A DNA stretch of 64,000 nt. Origin: Hypanus sabinus (taxonomy: Eukaryota). Position 1 is the stretch's first letter. Every line of letters begins with the position of its first letter. The notes beneath the pieces are model-generated. The model was not told where the DNA came from. It saw nothing but the letters and a program-made list of their open reading frames with translations, and made no database searches. The stretch is from NCBI RefSeq assembly GCF_030144855.1, contig NC_082709.1, positions 25,048,001 through 25,112,000 on the forward strand. The letters run 5' to 3'. The translations under genes were made by a program, and so were the position numbers. Below, one piece after another: positions 36,575 to 50,752 of the stretch.

Positions 36575-37420
36575 ATCTGGCTTCTTTCCCCTTCCTTTCC
36601 AGTCCTGATGAAGGGTCTGGCCCTAAACCATTGAATGTTTATTCCCCTCCATAGATGTTGCCTGACTTGCTGAGTTCCTCCAACATTTTGTGTGCGTTAC
36701 TGTGGATTTTCAGCAGCTGCGGAATCTCTTGTGTGAATATCTCTACTTGTAGAATAAGTGCAGTCAGTTCTAGTAGCATTAAAGAAGCTCAACATTATTC
36801 GAGACAAAACCCCATCATCTACCCAAAGTATTCATCCCCTCTATCACAGACTGCTCTGTATGCCATCAACAGAAATACAGAACGGTAACTCAGCTTCATT
36901 AATTCAACAGCACCTTACAAACCACATCCTCTACCACTCAAAACACTAGGATATCTTACACCTCCAGATATCCAGTTTCGATCCTGGCTTCTGTCTGCTT
37001 GAAGTTTGCAAATTCACCCTGTCACTGCAAAACATGGAAAATGCTGGAGGAACTCAGCAGGTCAAGCAGTATCAATGGGAATCAATACACAGTTAAATTT
37101 TTGGGCCAAGGCCCTTCTGCAGGACTGAGAAAGAAGGAGGAAGATGCCAGAGTAAAAATGGCGGGAGGGTGTGGGAAGGAGGCTAGCTGGAAGGTGACAG
37201 GTGAAGCCAGGTGGGTGGAAAAGGTCAAGGGCTTGAGAAGAAGGAATCTGATAGGAGAGTAGAATGAACCATAGGAAATAGGGAGAAGTAATAGGAAGGT
37301 GAGAAGAGCTAAAAGATCAGAGTGGGAATAGAATTTTTTTTTACTGGAAGGAGAAATCTATATTAATGCCAGCCAGTTGGAGGCTACCCTGATGGAATTA
37401 TAAAGGGTTGCTCCTCCACC
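36575..37420. mobile_element. Two further PLE pseudo-LTR fragments (+ about 36575-36735; - about 37025-37420)
   Basis: Decayed hammerhead motifs and tails; GIY-YIG C-terminal remnant near 37350-37420. Confidence 0.7.
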
Positions 37421-38696
37421 GATGGACTGACATATCATCGCCTGGGTCTTTCGAAATGCTCTGATTTCCTCCTACATTCCAAATATGTCCTGGCAGATTA
37501 ATTGGCTACTGTGAATTACTATTAGAGAACAAAATGGTGGGGGAATTGGGGAGGAGTTGATGGGGATGTGTGAGCTAATAGGTTACAAGGAAATAAGTGG
37601 GGGAAACATGACATAAATATGCTAAAGTAGCCAGTGTCGACTCGAGGGCCTATTTCCTAGTTCTATCTCACAAGAAATTTTGAGAATATTATAAAGACAG
37701 AGGCTGAGGAATACAAGGAAAAGCTACAATCTGGAGGGTTCTCTCGAAAATCAGAAACTATTCTGACTTGAAACTATATTGTAATTTCTTCATTGTTGCA
37801 GGGTTTAAATACTGGATTTAATACCTAACATCTTTGATGCAGTACCTTTAGCTGACTGCAACATGGTTAAGGGGAAGCTCACCTCCATGTTCCTGGGGAA
37901 ATAAGGGATATGCAATAAATCCTGGCCTTGTTTACATGCACACTTCCTGAAAAAACTAGCATTGTGACTTCATCTCAGAAAGAAGCTCTTTTAAGAATAT
38001 AGCATTCTATCATCACTGCGCAGAAATATGAGCCTGGAGTATGTAATGAGGTCCTTGGATCATGGCTGAGGAAAGAGAGTGACAATAATACAATATTTAT
38101 CAGGTGACTGGAGACTAACAATACCAATTGATGAATAAGCAGATGGGGTGAGTTTACATACAAGGTCCAGATTCTTCTTCAGGCAGAGAGACAAGACATT
38201 GTTCTCAACTTGTAGCAAAATTAGCCAACTGAAGCAACCACCATCACAAGAAAAATAAGGAGGTCGTCAATGTAGTAGTAATAGGTGAGAGGAGAGAGTA
38301 CTTTATTGGTATCGGTAAGGTAAATATCATTTCAGTCCTCTGTAGAGTCCTCAGAATTTGTCCTGAACTATTTGGAGCCAGGAGTATTCTGCTTATGTAT
38401 TCTGTTAGCTGTATTCTAATCAAAAATGTGGGGAGCATATTTTTTTTCTCCACTTGGCTTACCCATCTAAATCCAGTAAATGGTAATTACATTAAGCACA
38501 ATCCCAAGTTGATAGAAGGACTTGTGTGAATAACAAATTAATATGGAAATATTTCCATAATTTAAGAAATCTGTCAGCAACCATATGAAGCAGTTCCTTT
38601 ATAGATCAGAATTATTACATTCCAAAACTATTATAATTTATAGAACTTAAATGTTAGACCATAAGACAATGGAGCAACATTAGGTCCAATGCAATT

Positions 38697-40990
38697 GTGG
38701 TTGTTGTGTACATCCCTCCCTCTGCCAACCCGACGTCGGTGTGTAACATCATTCACACCGTCATAGCCGGACTACAAACCCAGTACCCGAGTGCCCTCAT
38801 TACTATCTCGGGTGACTTCAACCACGTTACCAAGGCGAGAACACTGCCCAACTTCACACAGTATGAGCTGTACAACCAGAGGGGAGAGGACCCTGGACTT
38901 GATGTATGCTAACATTATGGATGCATGCAGCTCCTCTCCCCTCCCCTCGCTGGGAAGGTCAGATCACAACCTGGTGCATCTCAAACCCTGCAATGGGCCT
39001 CTGGTGAAGAGTAAACCTGCAACCTCGAGGTCAGTGAGGAAATGGTCGGGGGACGCTTATGAGGCACTCCAGGGTTGTTTTGAGGTGACAGACTGGCAGG
39101 CACTCTGTGAGCTACATGGGGAGGACATTGATGGGCTCACAGAGTGCATCACTGGTTACATCAACTTCTGTGTGGACTGCAATGTTCCAGCAAGAACTGT
39201 CCTTTGTTATTCAAATAACAAGCCATGGGTAACAAAGGACATTAAAGACATCCTGAACGCTAAAAAGAGGGGGTTCAGAGATGGAAATAGGGAGGAGCTA
39301 AGGACAATACAGAGGGACCTGAAAGCCAAGATCAGGGAGGCTAAAGACAGGTATAGGAGGAAGCTTGAGTGGAAACTCCAGCAGAACAACATGAGAGAGG
39401 TCTGGAGTGGGATGAGGACCATCACTGGGTTCCGACAAACCAGCAACAGAGGAGCTGAAGGCAGTGTGGACAGGACCAATGAACTTAACTTGTTCTTCAA
39501 TAGATTTGACACTGTGGCCCCTGCCCATCCCCCACATGATTGTCGGCCCCCAACCAACACATACTCCACTTTCCCCTCCTACCTCTCCTCACAGCCCCCC
39601 CACCCTGCTCTACACTCCTCTCTCACTTGAAACCACCACGGTGGGCTTCACAGCTGAACAGGTGAGAAGACAGCTGAAACGTCTCCACCCTAGCAAGGCT
39701 GCAGGCCCGGATGGTGTCAGCCCCAGGGTGCTCAAAGCCTGTGCCCCCCAGCTATGTGGGGTACTTCACCATGTCTTCAACCTGAGCCTGAGTCTCCAGA
39801 GGGTTCCTGTGATGTGGAAGACGTCCTGCCTTGTCCCTGTACCGAAGACACTGCGCCCCAGTGGCTCCAATGACTACAGACCGGTGGCATTGACCTCCCA
39901 CATCATGAAGACCCTGGAGAGACTTGTTCTAGAGCAGCTCTGGCCTATGGTTAGGCCACACTTAGACCCCTTCCAGTTCGCCTATCAGCCCCGATTAGGA
40001 GTTGAGGATGCCATTGTCTACCTGCTGAACTGTGTCTACGCCCACCTGGACAAGCTGGCGAGCACTGTGACGTTCATGTTTTTTGACTTCTCCAGTGTGT
40101 TCAACACCATCCGCCCTGCTCTGCTGGGTGAGAAGCTGACAGTGATGCAAGTGGATGCTTCCCTGGTGTCATGGATTATTGATTACCTGACTGGCAGACC
40201 ACAGTACATGTGCTTGCAACACTGTGTCAGACAGAGTGGTCAGCAGCACTGGGGCTCCACAGGGGACTGTCCTGTCTCCCTTTCTCTTCACCATCTACAC
40301 CTCGGACTTCAACTACAACACAGAGTCTTGCCATCTTCAGAAGTTTTCTGATGACTTTGCCATAGTTGGATGCATCAGCAAGGGAGATGAGGCTGAGTAC
40401 AGGGCTACGTGGGAAACTTTGTCACATGGTGCGAGCAGAATCATCTGCAGCTAAATGTGAAAAAGACTAAGGAGCTGGTGATGGACCTGAGGAGAGCTAA
40501 GGCACCGGTGACCCCTGTTTCCATCCAAGGGTTCAGTGTGGACATGGTGGAGGATTACATATACCTGGGGATACGAATGGATAATAAACTGGATTGGTCA
40601 AAGAACACTGAGGCTGTCTACAAGAAGGGTCAGAGCCATCTCTATTTCTTGAGGAGACTGATGTCCTTTAACATCTGCTAGACAATGCTGAGGATGTTCT
40701 ACGAGGCTGTGGTGGCCAGTGCTATCATGTTTGCTGTTGTGTGCTGGGGCAGCAGGCTGAGGGTAGCAGACACCAACAGAATCAACAAATTCATCTGTAA
40801 GGCCAGTGCTGTTGTGGGGGTGGAACTGGACCCTCTGACAGTGGTGTCTGAAAAGAAGATGCTGTTCAAGTTGCATGCCATCTTGGACAATGACTCCCAT
40901 CCACTCCATAATGTACTGGTTAGGCACAGGAGTACATTCAGCCAGAGACATTCCACCGAGATGTAACACTGAGCGTCATAGGAAGCACCT
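38697..40990 (+). mobile_element. Rex1/Babar LINE, 5'-truncated (APE endonuclease C-terminus and RT), several frameshifts
   Basis: [65 protein letters not shown]. Confidence 0.92.
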
Positions 40991-41104
40991 CCATCCACCT
41001 CCTCTGCTTACTTTCCTGTCAGTGATGACAGGATTCAGTGATGGCCAAAAACATCATACCTGACCATCTGTAAAAGTGCAACAAGAATATCCATCTTATT
41101 TCTA

Positions 41105-41735
41105 TATACTCCATGCATTGAGATATAATACTTCAAGTACTGTATTTGCTACCCTATTTGATTCTGCACCCCTAATGCACTGATACTCACCCTGTTAGCT
41201 GCAATTTTGTCTTATCATTTGCCTGACGTTCCTATGAGTCTGACTGCATGCTATCTTTGCTTTTTTACCAACAATCCCATTCTGAGTCACTTAACTCTGG
41301 TTCCCATCCCCCTGCTAAATTATTTTAAACCCTCCCCAAAAGCTCTAACAAACCTGTCCGTGTGAATATTGGTCTCCTTTGAGTTCAGGTGCAACCCGTC
41401 CCATTTGTACAGGTCATATTCTTTCCGAGAAGAGATCCCAAAAATCCAAGAACCAGAAGCCCTGCCCCCGCAGCAGCTTCTCAGTCATGCGTTTATCTGC
41501 CAAATAATCCTGTCTCTACCCTCACTGGCACGTAGCACAGTTAGCAATCCAAAAATTATGATCTTACTTCTCAGCTTTTTGCTCAGCTCTTTAAATTCTC
41601 TCTTCAGGACTTCTTTGCTTTTCCTTCCTATGTCATTGGTACCAATACATACCAAGTTATCTGGCTGTTTCCCCCTTCCCTTCCAAAATGCTGTGGACTG
41701 AATCCGAGATGTCCCTGACCCTGGCACCTGGGATT
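41105..41735 (-). mobile_element. CR1 5' region with ORF1 SGNH-esterase remnant
   Basis: LVCIGTNDIGRKSKEVLKREFKELSKKL. Confidence 0.7.
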
Positions 41736-42351
41736 CACATTGCAATATTTAAATTCACATTTAAGTATTCACGTGGAAAAATTCACCGCTGTTCATAAAG
41801 ATTGCAATCAACAAATATATACAAAAGAATGAACCAACAAGATTGGAGAAAATAATTTCTTCAGCAGCTGTTCTTTTAGTATGAATCTAACACCGCATTT
41901 TATATTTATTGTCTCCTTTGATGTATTAAAAGATCATGATAATACCAAACTAAGTTAGCAATGAGCAACACAAGACAGAAAAAGACTTTGTCAGAAAAAT
42001 AAATTTCAATGACTATCTTAAAAGAGAAGTTCATGCGGGTACTGAAGAACATTATAAGATTTAGGCAGCTAAATTCATAGATGTCAATGGTGGTGCAAGG
42101 GAAAATAGTACATATGCAGGAAGCCAGAGCTGGAGTTGGACAGAAACCCTTGAAGGCTTTAGGGAGATTGCAGAGAGAAATTGGCTATTAAGTCAACATT
42201 AGTGTCAGACAGAATGAAGAAAAAAAGATAGAATAAATAATAGTAATCCATGGATGAAACTCAGAAAGATTTCAGACAGATCTACAGGAAAGAACTGTGT
42301 AGTGTTCTATAAACAATTATTTATATAATTTAATCTAGTTTGTTTGATATA

Positions 42352-42457
42352 CACTCAGTGGCCACACTGTTAGGTGCAGGAGGTATTGATTGGCTGGTTA
42401 GATACTTGCAATCATGAGCAGATGTACTTGTGTATCTAATAAAGTGGCCACTGAGTG
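42352..42457. mobile_element. Tc1/mariner MITE (106 bp)
   Basis: TIR CACTCAGTGGCCAC perfect for 14 bp and imperfect beyond; TA on both sides. Confidence 0.85.
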
Positions 42458-43559
42458 TACTTCTATTTTTTCACCTTTTTAGTGTTTTTCTCTTCTCATG
42501 GAACATTTTGTACACAATTTCTATTTGAAAATTTAATTTAAAAACTCACAGGAATTTATTGTGATTTGTTTCAGTTAATATGAACAGTGTTAACAAGTTA
42601 GATTCCCCTTCCTTCATCCTTCTTGGACCCTCTGAAAAAGAATTCTAAATTTATGGAAAGTGCCAAGTCCTGTTAACTTGGAGGGGAAAGAAGAGTAGAA
42701 GGACCAAGTGTAAAATGTGGGAGCAATTTGCCAGGAGGAAAAAAAGTGAATCAGTAGCTTGTTTCAATCATTGCCTGGGTTTCTTTTCTGCTGTCTAGAA
42801 TTCATGAAGTGTATAAAGTTAGCTGCCCTTTTTTAATCACATGTTCTTAATCAATAAAAGTTAAAGTTACTCCTTTTGGCTTCTGTTTTACAGCACAGAA
42901 GAATTTTTGTTTTAGATTTGGAAATCAGAGCTAAAGAAAGCCAGTACCAGTGCATGCTGGCAAGTACCTTTATTTCTTTGAGGTCAGAACATCATTTGCA
43001 AGAACAGCATTTATTATGCATCCCCAGTTTCCCTTGAGAAATTGATTCTAAACTGTCCTCCTGGTGAATATGTTACCACAATGTTGATGGGAGGAAATTC
43101 CAGGATTCCAGTGACGATGAAGTTTTTTCATCAGCATAGACTTTAAAATTTCAAAGTCAGTTTTGTGACTTGGAGGGAAACATTAAAGAACTGGTGCTCG
43201 CATGCGTCTGAAGCTCATGTCCTTTTTTGTGGTAGATTTTGTTGTTTTGGGTTATGCTGTCAGAGTAGTTTGGGAGAGTAACAATGTTGTATTCTGAAGT
43301 TGCAACACACTGCAGCCATTGGTGGTTCTGATATTGATACTGGTACTGGTTTATTAGCGTTGTGTGTGCCAGGATACTAAGAAAAGTTATTTGGAATGGA
43401 TGTTTGTGGTGGTGCCTATTATAGCAGTCAAATTAGCTGCTTTGTTTGGATGGATGGCACAATGGTGAAGCAGGTAGTTTGCATGCCCAACAGCTCCTGT
43501 GACCTGGTTTTTAAACCTGACTTTCTGTGTGTGGAGTATGCTCATTGTCCTTATGGCTA

Positions 43560-43765
43560 TGGATTTCCTATGCTCTGATTTCCTTCCACATCCCAAAATT
43601 GGTAGGTTAATTGATGACCATAAGTTACCCCCAGTGTAGATAGGTGGTAAGAAAATCAGGGTGGAGTTGATGGATTTGAAAATAGAGGAATAAGTGGATT
43701 AAAATTATTGATTGGATTGCTCTGAGAACTGGCATTAACTCGATGGGCTGAATGACCTCCTTTTA
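43560..43765 (+). mobile_element. V-SINE fragment (others at about 37440-37670 + and 44880-45010 -)
   Basis: gatttccttccacatcccaaa..ggttaattg V-domain and CR1-like tail. Confidence 0.55.
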
Positions 43766-45289
43766 TGTCATTAGAGAATATGCAATTATGCCAAGCTCCG
43801 CCAGTGTTTTTGAAGTTGTACTCATTGAACCAAGAGGAGAGTATTCCATCACCTGACACAGTATTTATGTGGCTGGCCGCTGGCACATTGATAGTTGGTA
43901 TCTTGGCAATATTAAAGCCATTGGATGTCAAAGTTAGTTGGTTAAATACATTACTAGTGGAGGTGGTCATTGCCTGGATATTTGTGGTGTTAATGTTACT
44001 TGCTACCATGGAAGAAAATCCGTGAAATGTGATAAATAATAAACAAAATTTTGAATGGATGCTAGAAAGTGTATGATTGACATTAAGTTAAACATGTAAA
44101 TAGTCAAATCACTTGGTTGAGAAAAATTGTTCAGATTGGAAGTAAATAAAAAGGTAGAAACAATGATTTTAAAAAGTAAATAAAATTAACAATAAATGAA
44201 GGTTAATGAAGCATTAGCTATTTAGATTGGAGAGCAGGCTCATAGAAAAAATTAAAATATTTTTGTAATATTATTGTTTTGCAAAATCACACCATAATGC
44301 TATGCATTACCCAAAGTGTATCATATTGTATCTGAACTGTTATAATTCAACATTAATCAATATCAACTACTTTACATTTCAAGCTTACTGGATCCTATTA
44401 CAAAAAAAAGTCTCTCTGTTATTTTTATCTTCAACTTTTCTCTACCCACTTACTACAACCCCTCACCACCATACCCCCCTCCCCCACCCCCACAGACCCT
44501 TCTCAGTGTTAATCATTCACATAAGGATCTTGAGTCTGGAACTTTGCCATGCCTTTGTTCCCACCTTGACCTACATAGAGTGCGTTATCTTTGCTTCACC
44601 CATTTACTTATTCCCATTAAGTACTCTCATCCTGTCATCTTCCTACCACGCTAACATTCTGGTAGATTCAAGACAATCCTAAAATTGACAGTACAGATTA
44701 ATATCTAAAACGTAAATTTAAAGGGCTGACAGCCAAGTTCAGCATAAGGATCAGTAAGTACATCACATAGTGTATTGGAGTACTGTTGTTCACTTGAACC
44801 TATGCTGAATAACAGAACAGTATCATTGTCCATGAACTTCTCCTATTATTTATTTTCTTCCTGTTCCCATCAACTATTCACAGGTTCTTTCACTCACCCA
44901 CACACCATGGGTAATTTACAAAAAAAAAATCTGCATATCTTTTGGATGAAGAGGAAACATTAGGTGCCCAGAAAAAATCTTGTGTGGTCACAGGAAGAAT
45001 GAACAAAGTTGGCATAGTCAACACTGGGGACACTATGCTGTCTTTTTGAATATTTTTCTGCTGAGTAATCTAAGTGATGGGCCTGTCTCTCCTGCAAGTA
45101 GCGCAGAAACTGGTCTACATTTCTTGTAATAGCCTCCACCAGCATGAGTAAGTAAGGTCATTTATGAGCTATGGCTTTGCAAATGTTTTCCAAGCATGTG
45201 TTGAATGCTGTTTTATACCTCTATGATTGTCCAGATGTATCCCTGTTATATTCATGGAGGGTCTAGGACCAATTTGGCTTTTAATAAAT

Positions 45290-46245
45290 GGAGACAAGAG
45301 ACTGCAGATGGTGGAATCTGAAGCAAAATACTCCACTATAATCTTTGATCCATCCTCAAATTTGCTTGGACTATCTCTCACATTTCCCATTTCTGGATTG
45401 CTCTGCCTCCATCTTAGGAAACAAGTTATCCAATGTCATTTGCTATCAACGACTGATTCCCACAACTACCCATCCTGTCTTTTTTAAGGATGGCATCCTT
45501 ACAAGAGACAAGCCCGCTGCATCTGGTCTTGAGATGCAAATTTCCATTTCAGGATGAAATGAAATTTTTTCATTTTTTCAAGAAACATAGTTTTGCCCCT
45601 ACATGGCTAACGGAGCCCTCACCAGAATCTCCTCCATTTTCCACATTCCCCCCCCCCCCCACCATGCCCACCATAACTCCACTTAGACAGAATGAACAGA
45701 TGTAGAACTCCTTTGGTCCTCACCTTTTACCCTACTAGTTTCCACCTCCAGCACATAGTTCTATCATTTCTGCCAGCTGCAATGCTATCTCACCACTTGT
45801 CACACTTCCACTCCCTCTACCTTTCTGTTTTCTCAGGGACCACACTTTCCATAACTCCGTGGTTAATTCATCCCTCCTCATCCTCGGGTATTTACCCCTA
45901 CTATTGCAAAAGGTGCAACATCTCCCCCTACACCACGTCCCTCATCATCAAGTCTAAACAGCCCTTCCAGGTGAGGAATATGTTCACATGAACCTGCCTT
46001 GTCTTTCGCCTTCACTGCTCTTCTTGTGGCCTCTGCATAGGAATTCCGAGCAATGACTCAATGACCACTCTGGCTTATGCCTGCACTGAGCAAATCATAG
46101 TTATCCTGAGCTCCATTGCAAGCCAGTTTAGCTCTTCTCCTCACCCCCATGTAAACCCATCTGTTCTTAGTCTCTTGCATTTCCATAGTAAGGCCAAATG
46201 CAGACAAAAAAAAACAGCACCTCATATTCTGCTTGGGTAGTCCCA
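45290..46245 (+). mobile_element. Decayed PLE RT-thumb / GIY-YIG fragment
   Basis: RTPLVLTFYPTSFHLQHI and KQPFQVRNMFT match 35265-35570. Confidence 0.7.
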
Positions 46246-47774
46246 TACTAGGCTTTGTCAGAAACTAACTTCTAGGCATATTTCTTCAATTCTTTTCTTC
46301 CAATATTTGTTACAGTACCTCGTAGCTGTATCTTCTATTCACTTCCAGCTTGAGCAACTCAGCTTCCAGTCCAAAGCCTGAATAAATCCTAATTTGTCAT
46401 AGTTTACCTACATTCTGTTTTCTTACCTGTAAAAATGTAAAGAATGTGTATTCACTAGAAGAAACTGCAAAATACAGATTTATCACTTGAGAAACTTTAA
46501 AAAAAATGAACAGAATCGCTGCAAACGCTGAAGAGAAAGTGAATGAGCCATGTGTAGAGGGAGGTAAAAGGTGAAGGAAGACAAGGCAGATGCTCATAAA
46601 GCTGAAGTGTAGGAATCAGTAGGAAGTGTAGGGGAGCTAGTTATAGCAAGAGGTGCCCATATTTTTTTAACTTGGGGTATTAAACACATGAGTAAGCAAC
46701 TGCCAAGATACTACAAATTACTTGGAAGTTCTAACTAGAAATAATTTATTTTTGTGAAACTTAATTGCTGCCAACCATTGATTTGCTAGTGAGATTTGCA
46801 TTTTGGAAATATTTACTATTGTAAGTGTCACTAGCATCATGCAGATTCTTGTGTGAGGGAATGGCTAGTGGTTAAGTAACGTAAAAAGATGTAATACACA
46901 CTGTTTGTGGTCAGCAAGACAGAAGGAGCTGCAACTGCAAGCGGGACAAAGCTAGTAAACCTGATTCAGGACTGCACCAAAGACTAAATGACTACCAATG
47001 GGTGATTGTAAGTTTCAGTTAAAACAGTATCTTTTGAACTTGAAATTAGAATCTTAAGTCAATAAAGTGTAATCTCGTATTAGAAGTAAAACATTGATTA
47101 GTTCTTAGTTTGCTCTATCTACAAAAGTTACAGGAAATGAACGGATTAACAAAAGATACTTCAGGGAAACCCTTACAAATTCAACTTAACTCCTGTTTGA
47201 AATTTTTTAAAAATACTGCAGATGCAGGAGATCTGAAATAAAAACAGAAAATGGTGGAAATATTCAGCAATTCTGAATGAGTCTTGAATTGAAACATTAA
47301 ATCTGTTTCTCTTTCCACAGATGCAGCTGGACCTGCTTGAGTGTTCCCAATATTTTCTGTTTTTATTTCAAACTGTGGTTGATTTCGCCCATTCAGTAAT
47401 TCTTTAAACAATGTAAATGGAAGCAGAATATATTGACCCCTTGGAGTCTTTTCTGCTATTCAAACTGATTTATTTTACATCAGTGTAGGTTTCCTGCACT
47501 AATCTGGCATCACTTAATTGTCCTAATATCTAAACATTTATCAAAACCATTATTAGCGATGCTGTGGTTTTTCCCAGAACGTGCAAAACCTCATCTTCTG
47601 CCAGATTCAGTTGAGAAAACCTTTCTGTAACACTCCGTACTTTGTCTTCTGCCTTTCCCCCTTATCCTGGAATCTTGTAATAGCATAGCTTCTGTCCTCA
47701 TGCTTGTGAGACTGACTCTCTTGTGCTGTCCAACAGATACAGATTCTTACTGGCTACTGCTTGATATCAAGAAT

Positions 47775-48620
47775 TATAGAGCCATACCATCGTACAACAC
47801 TTAAAAAGGGCCAATAGCCTGCCATGACCATGCCTATCATAATATTATCGTCCCATTTAGCACACTGATCTGTAGCTCTCTATGCTTCAGTGATTAAAAT
47901 ACTCATCCAGAAACTTTGTAAGCTTGTGAGAGCACCTGCCTGCACCATCTTCACAGGGTAGCAAGTTCCAGAGTGCAGCAACCTCTGGGTGAGTAATTAT
48001 TTTCCCAGGATCTCTTCCACCTTTCTTATTGCTTGCCTTAAATCTATATTCTCTGATATAAAATGTCTCTGTCATGGGAAAAGTTTCTCATTATCCACCT
48101 TATCTGTGCAGCTTATAATTTTAGATACCTGTATCACACCCATCTTCAGTCGTTTCTGCTCCAAGGAAAACAAACTCAGCCTATCCAGATTCTCCTCATA
48201 ACCAAAGCATCCCATCCCAGGTAACAACCTGATGAACTTCCAATGCATTCTTCCCCAATGCACTCAAATTCTTACTCTGATATAGTGACCACTGTACTCT
48301 TGCTGTGATCGAAAGAAAGTTTTATGATGTTGTACCGTGAACTTAATTTTAGCCGGCCATTGGTGTAATGGCTTCCACGCCAAACTTCGAGGTGAGTGGT
48401 CCTGGGATCGAATTCAGCCGGCTCCTTGCATGCTTCCCATCTGTCCTGAGTTGAGTATTGAGCAAGCAACTCGGCCTCATAAAAAACAGATAAATTCTAA
48501 GGATACAGCAAAGGTTGCTGCCCTATACACCACAAGGTACGGAAAGGATCAACAAACTGTGAACATAATGCTCTTAAATTCTATGCCATGACTAATTAAA
48601 ACCAGTATCCTGTGTGCTTG
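47775..48620 (-). mobile_element. CR1 3' fragment containing a SINE
   Basis: FIRLLPGMGCFGYEENLDRLSLFSLEQKRL. Confidence 0.75.
48355..48550 (+). mobile_element. tRNA-derived SINE
   Basis: A box TGGTGTAATGG and B box-like GGATCGAATTC, followed by a non-tRNA body. Confidence 0.65.
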
Positions 48621-49655
48621 AAGATGTAATCACCTGATGATTCCTTCAACCCCCTAGATACACTAGGCAAACTTGTAATTTTTAATGTGTAATCAAGGTT
48701 TTTAAATGTTCCTGTGTGAGATTCTATCTGTAGCATGTGGCACTAGTAGACCCACCAAAGTCTCATGTTTCTGTACCAGAAGCAACAATGATATTGCCTT
48801 CCATTTTTGCATCTGGATGCATTGCTCTGTGCTGTGGCCTTCAGAATTACAACAATGCAATTGGCTCTAAAGGACATATCTGCTCTTTCCATATTCAGGA
48901 TAAATGTCTTGAGACTGATCTTATTTCTTGAAATATCCATTACATTCACGTCTGTCATTGTTACTGCTCTACCTAGTAAACTATATTCACTGTTAACATC
49001 ACATCAGATTGCTGTTCACACTGTTACTCTCTCAAGTATCAACATCCCAAATTTGTTGGTAATGTAGTGTCTGTAGGGTCTTTGGTGTTCCTACTTGCAA
49101 ATCTGGAGTTATCAATAAAACATCTTTTATTGACAGTGGTTAACATTCAACAAATAGCTGGGAACATTACAGAAATGTATCAAAAGTCACAGATGATAGT
49201 CCACCTATTTACTAAAAATACATTAACTCTTGTATATATTATAGTTTATAATGACCAATTTTGTGTTTGTTTTCAATAATACTGGATTCCTCATTAACTC
49301 TTGAACAAAATTCATTACTGCCTCCTTCAATCTTCTGGATTACCTCAACTTACCTTGATTCCAACAATGTCAAAACCTGAGTTGTAGCTATGTATTTCAT
49401 TGCATCTTTAGAGCGGTGTAACTATTGAGTTGAGGGTCACAAATATGAAAAGCTGGATTGTGAAAGAACCAAGCAGGATGCTACGATATTTGTGATTACT
49501 TACATGCACTTTTTGCAAAATTAGAACATCATCCTTTACAGCTGAAATGTAGAGAGGAAAAAAATTCCCAGTTACCTTAGAGACCAAGCTTGAAATCCAT
49601 TCAGCAGAAGAAAAAATAAATATGCTTAAGTATGATGGTAAAGATGAAAAGATAT

Positions 49656-50515
49656 GGGTTCAAAGGTATATTTAATGTCAGAGAAATATATATAATATAC
49701 ATCCTGAAATACTTTTTCTTCGCAACCATCCACACAAACAGAGGAGTGCCCCAAAGAATGAATGACAGTTAAATGTTAGAACCCCAAAGTCCCCCCCAGC
49801 TCCCCTCCGTCCTGCACATAAGCAGCAGCAAAGTAACAATCCCTCCCCCCCCCCACTGGCAAAAAATCATTGGCACCTGTCATCGAGCACTCAAGCATGA
49901 GCAAAGCAACAGCAAAGACACAGACTTGCAGTTACCCCAAAGACCTTGCATTTCACCCAGTATTGGACATACCACAGGTGCGCGCGTTCTGTCTGTCCAT
50001 CTCTCTCTCACTCTCTCCCTCTCCCCCCCTCTCGCCCTCTCCCTCTCTCCCTCCTCTCACCCCCCAATAAGAGAGAAAGAGGCATCTCCATTTCACAGCG
50101 AGAGGGGAGACATAACAGCTCGCTGGTTTACGATGTTAAAAGTCCGTTACGTCGCTTTTTCCAAGCTCTGTGCCCAAAATTCTTAGGTCTCTGGGTACAC
50201 AGCCATAGATATTCTGAGTCCCCTAAAGACACATGGATCTCCTGCTGTGACACCGACCTTTGATCTGCCCATCTCCAGAGCCCTGAGATCCTAGGCCTTC
50301 AAAGTCAAGCCGAACTCTTAGGCCGAGCCCTTGGCGTGCCAGTTATGAAACCCTGAGACCGTCCCCCATTCCCGCAAAGAACCACAGTCAGCGTGTAACT
50401 CCAGGTCAGGGTCTTCAAAAGAACTCTGAAAGGGAAAAATTGAGATATTAAAGATGGAAATATAGCTGTTTCCGAAGATGCGTGCAAAGGAGTGGCTATT
50501 TAGCGCCATCATCAC
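49656..50515 (-). mobile_element. Non-autonomous Rex1-like retroposon
   Basis: gatggcgcta 5' end, Rex-type 3' tail, possible TSD AAAGATAT, no ORF. Confidence 0.5.
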
Positions 50516-50632
50516 GGATATAAAGATATTTTAAATGTAGTTAGGTGTTACTTAAAGGAAAATTTTGAACTGTAAGGTTTATGAAGACATAAGCCAGGTC
50601 TAGGCCACCTGGCACCTGCCTTTTAATAATAT

Positions 50633-50730
50633 ACACAAAGTACACTGCAGATGCTGTGGTCAAATCAAGACGTACAAAAAAGCTGGATGAACTCAGCAGG
50701 TCGGCAGCATCTGCTGAGTTCATCCAGCTT
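50633..50730. mobile_element. Tiny fold-back PLE tail insertion
   Basis: 12-bp TSD TTTTAATAATAT; perfect 24-bp inverted repeat. Confidence 0.8.
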
Positions 50731-50752
50731 TTTTAATAATATTATGGTTTAT

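Noticed and set aside
42880-42970. Further plus-strand exons (also near 18584, 23984, 49542, 58630, 61350)
   Set aside because: Isolated splice-like sites without paired strong sites or recognisable peptides
48355-48430. tRNA gene
   Set aside because: Degenerate B box, no good cloverleaf, and it continues into a SINE body inside a CR1
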